Origin: Candidatus Latescibacterota bacterium
GTDB taxonomy: Bacteria; Latescibacterota; UBA2968; UBA8231
Direction of reading: 5' to 3'
Assembly (NCBI GenBank): GCA_965242865.1
Contig: CBDETK010000013.1
Span: 3,232,001 to 3,296,000, forward strand
DNA: 64,000 bases
Shown: in pieces, positions 59,832 to 64,000 of the stretch
Layout of the letters: the number at the start of each line of letters is the position of its first letter
Position numbering within the stretch: position 1 is the first letter of the stretch
Notes under the pieces: generated by a model
Seen by the model: only the letters and a program-made list of their open reading frames with translations
Told to the model about the DNA's origin: nothing
The model's database searches: none
Translations under genes and position numbers: made by a program

Positions 59832-60611
59832 TCAGACGCGCAGCCGCAGCATTGGGCGGCTAAAAGACACCTCGAGAAATTGCCCGGTGTGGGCCGAGCG
59901 CGTACCGGGCGGCATGAAGTGGATGACAAAGGCGCGCCGTTGGCGGTCGGTTTGGTTCGGCGGGGTGTAGTGTAAGGTTTGGCAGTGGTGGAAGAGCGCG
60001 CCACCGGCAGGCAGATTTACGACCGCGGCTTGGGCTGCATCCACTTGGTCGCCGTAGTCGAGCAAGGCGTTGGTCTGCTCTGAGCGCTCGTGCCCGACGG
60101 GCGTCAGGTGCGATTCGGGCAGCAGGTGCATGGCGCCGTTTGTCACATCGACATCGTCGAGCGTCATCCAGCAGCTAACCAAATTGGCCGGCAGACATTT
60201 CCAGTAGGCGTTGTCTTGGTGCCAAAAGACCGGGCCGCCGTGATGGGCGGGTTTGTAGAGGGCTTGGTCGTGGAAAAGCTGGATATTAGGGCCGATGAGG
60301 TCTTCGGCAATGTCGAGGATGCGAGTGTCGTAGAGCAGTTGTCGGAAGAGGATGCTGCGCTCGCACATTTGCGTAATCTGCAACATCTGCTCGTCGGCCT
60401 CGTTCTTTTCGTCGAGATCGTCGGTGTCGCTGATGGACAGGTTGCGGAAGCGCCCGCTCTGGCGCGCCACGGCAAAGAGCCGGTCGTATTCGTCGCGCAG
60501 CAAGGCGATGAGGTCGTCGTCTAGCAGCTTGCCGACGGCGATGAAGCCACAGCGGCGGAATTGGTCAATCTGCTCTTGGTCGATTGCTTTGTGGAGCGGG
60601 GTCGTGGTCAT
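59832..60611 (-). CDS. PhyH-family dioxygenase
   Basis: FRRCGF, KPAHHG..VFWHQD, NGAM, LHYT..N.TDRQRRA. Confidence 0.92.
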   Translation of the reverse strand: MTTTPLHKAIDQEQIDQFRRCGFIAVGKLLDDDLIALLRDEYDRLFAVARQSGRFRNLSISDTDDLDEKNEADEQMLQITQMCERSILFRQLLYDTRILDIAEDLIGPNIQLFHDQALYKPAHHGGPVFWHQDNAYWKCLPANLVSCWMTLDDVDVTNGAMHLLPESHLTPVGHERSEQTNALLDYGDQVDAAQAAVVNLPAGGALFHHCQTLHYTPPNQTDRQRRAFVIHFMPPGTRSAHTGQFLEVSFSRPMLRLRV

Positions 60612-60718
60612 CTGTATTCCTCCTTAGTGAAGGGTGCAAATTAACAAGGGCCGCGACGAATTACAACCGTCGTTCCATGGCGGCCAGAGGGCTTGTTTCA
60701 TTGGCCTCAGCTTTCCAA

Positions 60719-60765
60719 GGATCGAGGGCATCTTGCCCTCGTCGAAGGCGGGACGCCTTCGATCC
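60719..60765. repeat. REP-like GC-rich hairpin
   Basis: ggatcgagggcatcttgcc...ggcgggacgccttcgatcc imperfect inverted repeat. Confidence 0.5.
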
Positions 60766-60794
60766 CGGACGTATGGCGTACTTAGATTCCAATT

Positions 60795-61916
60795 TCAGGC
60801 GGACGCGGCCCGGCTCAGGGTGAGTAGCGCGATTTCGGAAGGGGCACCCAGCCGCAGCGGCGGCCCCCAATAGCCGGTGCCTCGGTGGACGTAAATCCAA
60901 GTGTTGCGAAATTTGTGTAGGCCGGCGACATAAGGCTGTTGCAGGGGGATTGCGTATTTCCACGGTACGAACTGACCGCCGTGCGTGTGGCCGGACAACT
61001 GTAAGTGGCAATCGGCTTGGCTGGCGGCTTCTATGCTGCGCGGCTGGTGCGCGAGCAGGATGCGCACATCGGCCCCGTCGCTGGCGGCAAAGGCTCTGGC
61101 CGGGTCTGAGGCGTGGTCGGGGACGATCTCGCCGGCGCTGAAATCGGTCGTGCCGGCGAGGGCGATCCGGCCGCCACGGCAGTCGATCTGGCGTCCCTCG
61201 TTGATCAAGACGTCAAAGCCGAGGCGACGCGCATGCTCGGTCCAGCTCTCCACGCCCGAGTAGTATTCGTGGTTGCCAGTGCAGAAATAGATCCCGAGCG
61301 GCGCGGAGAGTTTGGCTAGTGCCACCGTATGAGGGGCGAGTCGTTGGACGGTGCCGTCGGCAAGGTCGCCGGTGAAGGCGATGAGGTCGGGTTGCAATTC
61401 GTTGACCCGAGCGACAACGCGCTCCACAAAAGGGGCCTTGATGGTCGGGCCGACGTGGAGATCGCTGATTTGGACGATGCGCAGCCCAACTAGCGCGGGC
61501 GGGAGATGCGCGATCGGGACATCGACCCGGCGGACCGCTGGCGTCCGGCGGGCTTGATAGTAGCCATAGCCCGCCGCAACCCAGGTCAGCGCAAAGGTCG
61601 CCAAGTCGAGGCGGGCATTGAAGGCCGCGTCCATAGGATAGATTAGGCCGAGGAGCAGCCCCCCTATGTCGCGCAAGACTAGCAAGGTCGAGCAGACGGT
61701 GAAAAAGCCCATGCCTAAATAGGCCACCCACGCGAGGGGGTCGGTCAGGGAGGTTGGACGGGACCGCAGGCGAAAGAGCAACAAGGGCGTCAACAGCAGA
61801 GACCCCAGGGCCAATGCGGCCCCGAGGTGGGCGGGCGGAGGAAGATAGGGGATGAGCCGCCAGCCCGAATAGCCGTAGATCGAGCCGAGCAGCGATAGGA
61901 AAATCAGCGCAAACAT
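60795..61916 (-). CDS. Membrane-anchored metallophosphoesterase (YkuE-like)
   Basis: SDLH, TGDLAD, GNHE, AHQP, SGHTHGGQ. Confidence 0.93.
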   Translation of the reverse strand: MFALIFLSLLGSIYGYSGWRLIPYLPPPAHLGAALALGSLLLTPLLLFRLRSRPTSLTDPLAWVAYLGMGFFTVCSTLLVLRDIGGLLLGLIYPMDAAFNARLDLATFALTWVAAGYGYYQARRTPAVRRVDVPIAHLPPALVGLRIVQISDLHVGPTIKAPFVERVVARVNELQPDLIAFTGDLADGTVQRLAPHTVALAKLSAPLGIYFCTGNHEYYSGVESWTEHARRLGFDVLINEGRQIDCRGGRIALAGTTDFSAGEIVPDHASDPARAFAASDGADVRILLAHQPRSIEAASQADCHLQLSGHTHGGQFVPWKYAIPLQQPYVAGLHKFRNTWIYVHRGTGYWGPPLRLGAPSEIALLTLSRAASA

Positions 61917-62068
61917 ACCATGGTCTTTGGTGGAAAGGAAGCGTGGCTTTTACTGTAGAGGCAACCCAAGTCCCCGTGGGCCGACGGTCTTGTTTCTCGT
62001 CGGCTGAGTTGTTATAAAGGACTTGGAGGCAAAAAGGAGTAGCTGAGTTGAATAAAAGGAGACCAACC

Positions 62069-62932
62069 GTGAAAAGCCAACAACTCGACTTTTTCGAGCA
62101 AGAAGGGTACGTCCTGATCAAAGGCGGGCTTACGGACGACGATATCGCGCCGCTCATCGAGGATCACAATACCATCGTCGATGAAATGGCCCGCGACCTG
62201 CACCGGCAGGGCAAGATCGCCGATCGCTACGAAAACGAGCCTTTTGAGCGGCGCTTGGCCTGCCTCTCAGAGGAGTGCGACGAGGTCGATGGCTGTCCCG
62301 ACATAGGAGAAACCCGCCGACGCGGCACCTTCGACTTTTTACGCAATCAGAACCTCGTCGATCTGATTGAGCCTTTCATCGGCCCGGAAATCACCTGCAA
62401 TGCCGTGTCGCACGTCCGGCCCAAGATGCCCTCAACCGACGTCGCCTTTCATCAGGATGCCGTGTTCACCACCCAACAAGCCCAAGGGATCCTACAGGTC
62501 ACCGTGTGGATTCCCCTCGTCGAGGCGACCGAAGAGAACGGCTGCTTGCAGGTTCAGCCCCGGGTCCACCAGCGGCGCATGGTCTATTGGTCGTACGGGC
62601 GCGATTTACCCCAAACCGAGCGGATTAGTCTGCCCATGCAGAAGGGAGACGTCCTATTCGTCCATAAATTGACCCCTCACGGATCAGGACCTAACCACAC
62701 CAACGCCGTGCGTTGGAGCATGGATTTGCGCTACCAGAAGACGGGGGCGCCTTCCCCGCGGCCAGAGTGGCCCAGTCTCGTCGCCCGCAGCCGGCGCGAC
62801 CCCGCCGCGGAGACGGCTTACGAAGACTGGCGCGATCAATGGGCGGTCGCGCTCGAAAAAACGCCCCAACAAATTCGCTACGAGCGTCCAACCGAGCCCC
62901 GGCCCTTCACCGGCGAGATGTTTCTCGAGTAG
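62069..62932 (+). CDS. PhyH-family dioxygenase
   Basis: GTG after AAGGAG; FFEQEGY, FHQD, ENGCL, PHGS.PN...RWSMDLRY. Confidence 0.9.
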   Translation: MKSQQLDFFEQEGYVLIKGGLTDDDIAPLIEDHNTIVDEMARDLHRQGKIADRYENEPFERRLACLSEECDEVDGCPDIGETRRRGTFDFLRNQNLVDLIEPFIGPEITCNAVSHVRPKMPSTDVAFHQDAVFTTQQAQGILQVTVWIPLVEATEENGCLQVQPRVHQRRMVYWSYGRDLPQTERISLPMQKGDVLFVHKLTPHGSGPNHTNAVRWSMDLRYQKTGAPSPRPEWPSLVARSRRDPAAETAYEDWRDQWAVALEKTPQQIRYERPTEPRPFTGEMFLE

Positions 62933-63925
62933 ATGCCGAGCGACGCACCCCAGTGGCCCGAGCGATTCCGGCGATACGCGACCCGAGAATTTGGCAAAAA
63001 AGGCGAGGCATGGCTCGCGGAACTGCCGTCCATTCTCAAACGGTGCTGCGATAAGTGGGGCTTGACGCTGGGCCGCCCGCCCGCGGAAATCAAGGTCAAC
63101 TATATAGCCTATGTCGCGCTGGGCCATGGAGCAGAGGCCGTGCTCAAGGTGGGGGTTCCACACGGCGATTTCAGCGCGGAAATGGAAGCGTTGGCGATTT
63201 ATGAGGGCCGGGGGATCAACCGGCTCATCGACTGCGACAAAACGCTTAACGCCATGCTGCTGGAGCGGCTGCGTCCCGGCGAGATGCTATATTCTGTTGA
63301 GAGCGTGCGCGAGCAAAGTGAAATTGCGGCGCGTATCCTCTGCGATTTACACGCGACCCCGCCGCCGGCCCACCACACCCTGCCGCACTTTATGGATTGG
63401 ATGCGCGGTGCGTTTGCAGACGCTAGAAGCTGCCAAGACCCCGCAAGAGCACGGGGCTATATCGAGCAGATTCCGCGCGTAGAGTCCATGATGGGTATTC
63501 TGACGGCACCGGATGAACCCCAAATCCTGCTGCACGGCGACCTCCATCACTGGAACATCCTGTCCGACGCCGACCGGGGCTGGCTGGCGATTGATCCTAA
63601 GGGCGTCATCGGGGCCTCGTGTCTGGACGTCGGCCGGTTCATCAACAACGCGATGGGGTTCGGCGAGACCGCTGTGGAGAAGCGGGCGATTTTATTCGAG
63701 ACGGTAGCGGTTTTCAGCACTGTACTGGGGGAAAGCGAAGAGCGGATGTTTGCGGGTGCTTTCTGCGACAAGATCATGGGGTCATCGTGGGGACTGAAGC
63801 AGCCCCCCGATGAGCACGAGGCGAGTTCGCGCGAAGCACTTGAAGTGATGGTTGAGGTGGCGAGGGACGTGGATGATCGCCGTCTGCGATCTCGCATAGA
63901 CGACGAGACCGATGCAACGTTGTAG
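62933..63925 (+). CDS. Aminoglycoside/hydroxyurea phosphotransferase (APH(6)-like) kinase
   Basis: W..ELP.....KWGL, AVLKV, LLHGDLHHWNIL, WLAIDPKG. Confidence 0.85.
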   Translation: MPSDAPQWPERFRRYATREFGKKGEAWLAELPSILKRCCDKWGLTLGRPPAEIKVNYIAYVALGHGAEAVLKVGVPHGDFSAEMEALAIYEGRGINRLIDCDKTLNAMLLERLRPGEMLYSVESVREQSEIAARILCDLHATPPPAHHTLPHFMDWMRGAFADARSCQDPARARGYIEQIPRVESMMGILTAPDEPQILLHGDLHHWNILSDADRGWLAIDPKGVIGASCLDVGRFINNAMGFGETAVEKRAILFETVAVFSTVLGESEERMFAGAFCDKIMGSSWGLKQPPDEHEASSREALEVMVEVARDVDDRRLRSRIDDETDATL

Positions 63926-64000
63926 AGCGGCTAGACTAGGCGATGACGCCGCCGCCGAGGCAAATTTCACCGTCGTAGAATACTGCGTGTTGGCCCGGAG

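Noticed and set aside
62933-63925. Bona fide streptomycin resistance gene
   Set aside because: Only family-level kinase motifs, no mobile context; function cannot be assigned from sequence.
1-64000. CRISPR array or cas genes
   Set aside because: No repeat-spacer array with unique ~30-nt spacers; the three csp-leader motifs are only 12-13 bp and no cas gene is visible.

Overview
GC-rich bacterial chromosomal window. The gene content (ankyrin lipoproteins, five PhyH-family dioxygenases, several TA modules, dense anti-phage loci) suggests a host-associated lineage, possibly a marine-invertebrate symbiont; this is inference only. Main blocks: (1) 0.1-3.6 kb, an ankyrin-lipoprotein island with a duplicated ~230-bp leader element; (2) 6.3-14.2 kb, a type I R-M operon with an ABC-ATPase + HNH (Septu/PtuAB-like) pair between hsdS and a deleted/frameshifted hsdR; (3) 15.7-28.6 kb, metabolic and housekeeping genes (glcB, SDR, PhyH, tRNA-Glu, CPA2 antiporter, RRM, Csp); (4) 28.8-52.2 kb, a composite defence island: SNF2 helicase-DUF3883, GHKL-nuclease, C5 MTase, DUF1156 adenine MTase, a second GHKL-nuclease, HigBA, an ABC-ATPase and a DUF499 ATPase. 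It is bracketed by diverged direct repeats of sugar-ABC permease/helicase DNA and carries relics of earlier alleles, an IS630 and a cognate MITE; (5) 52-64 kb, a carbohydrate catabolic operon, a RelE/XRE TA pair, PhyH genes and an APH(6)-like kinase. All family calls come from motif recognition by eye; no database search was run.
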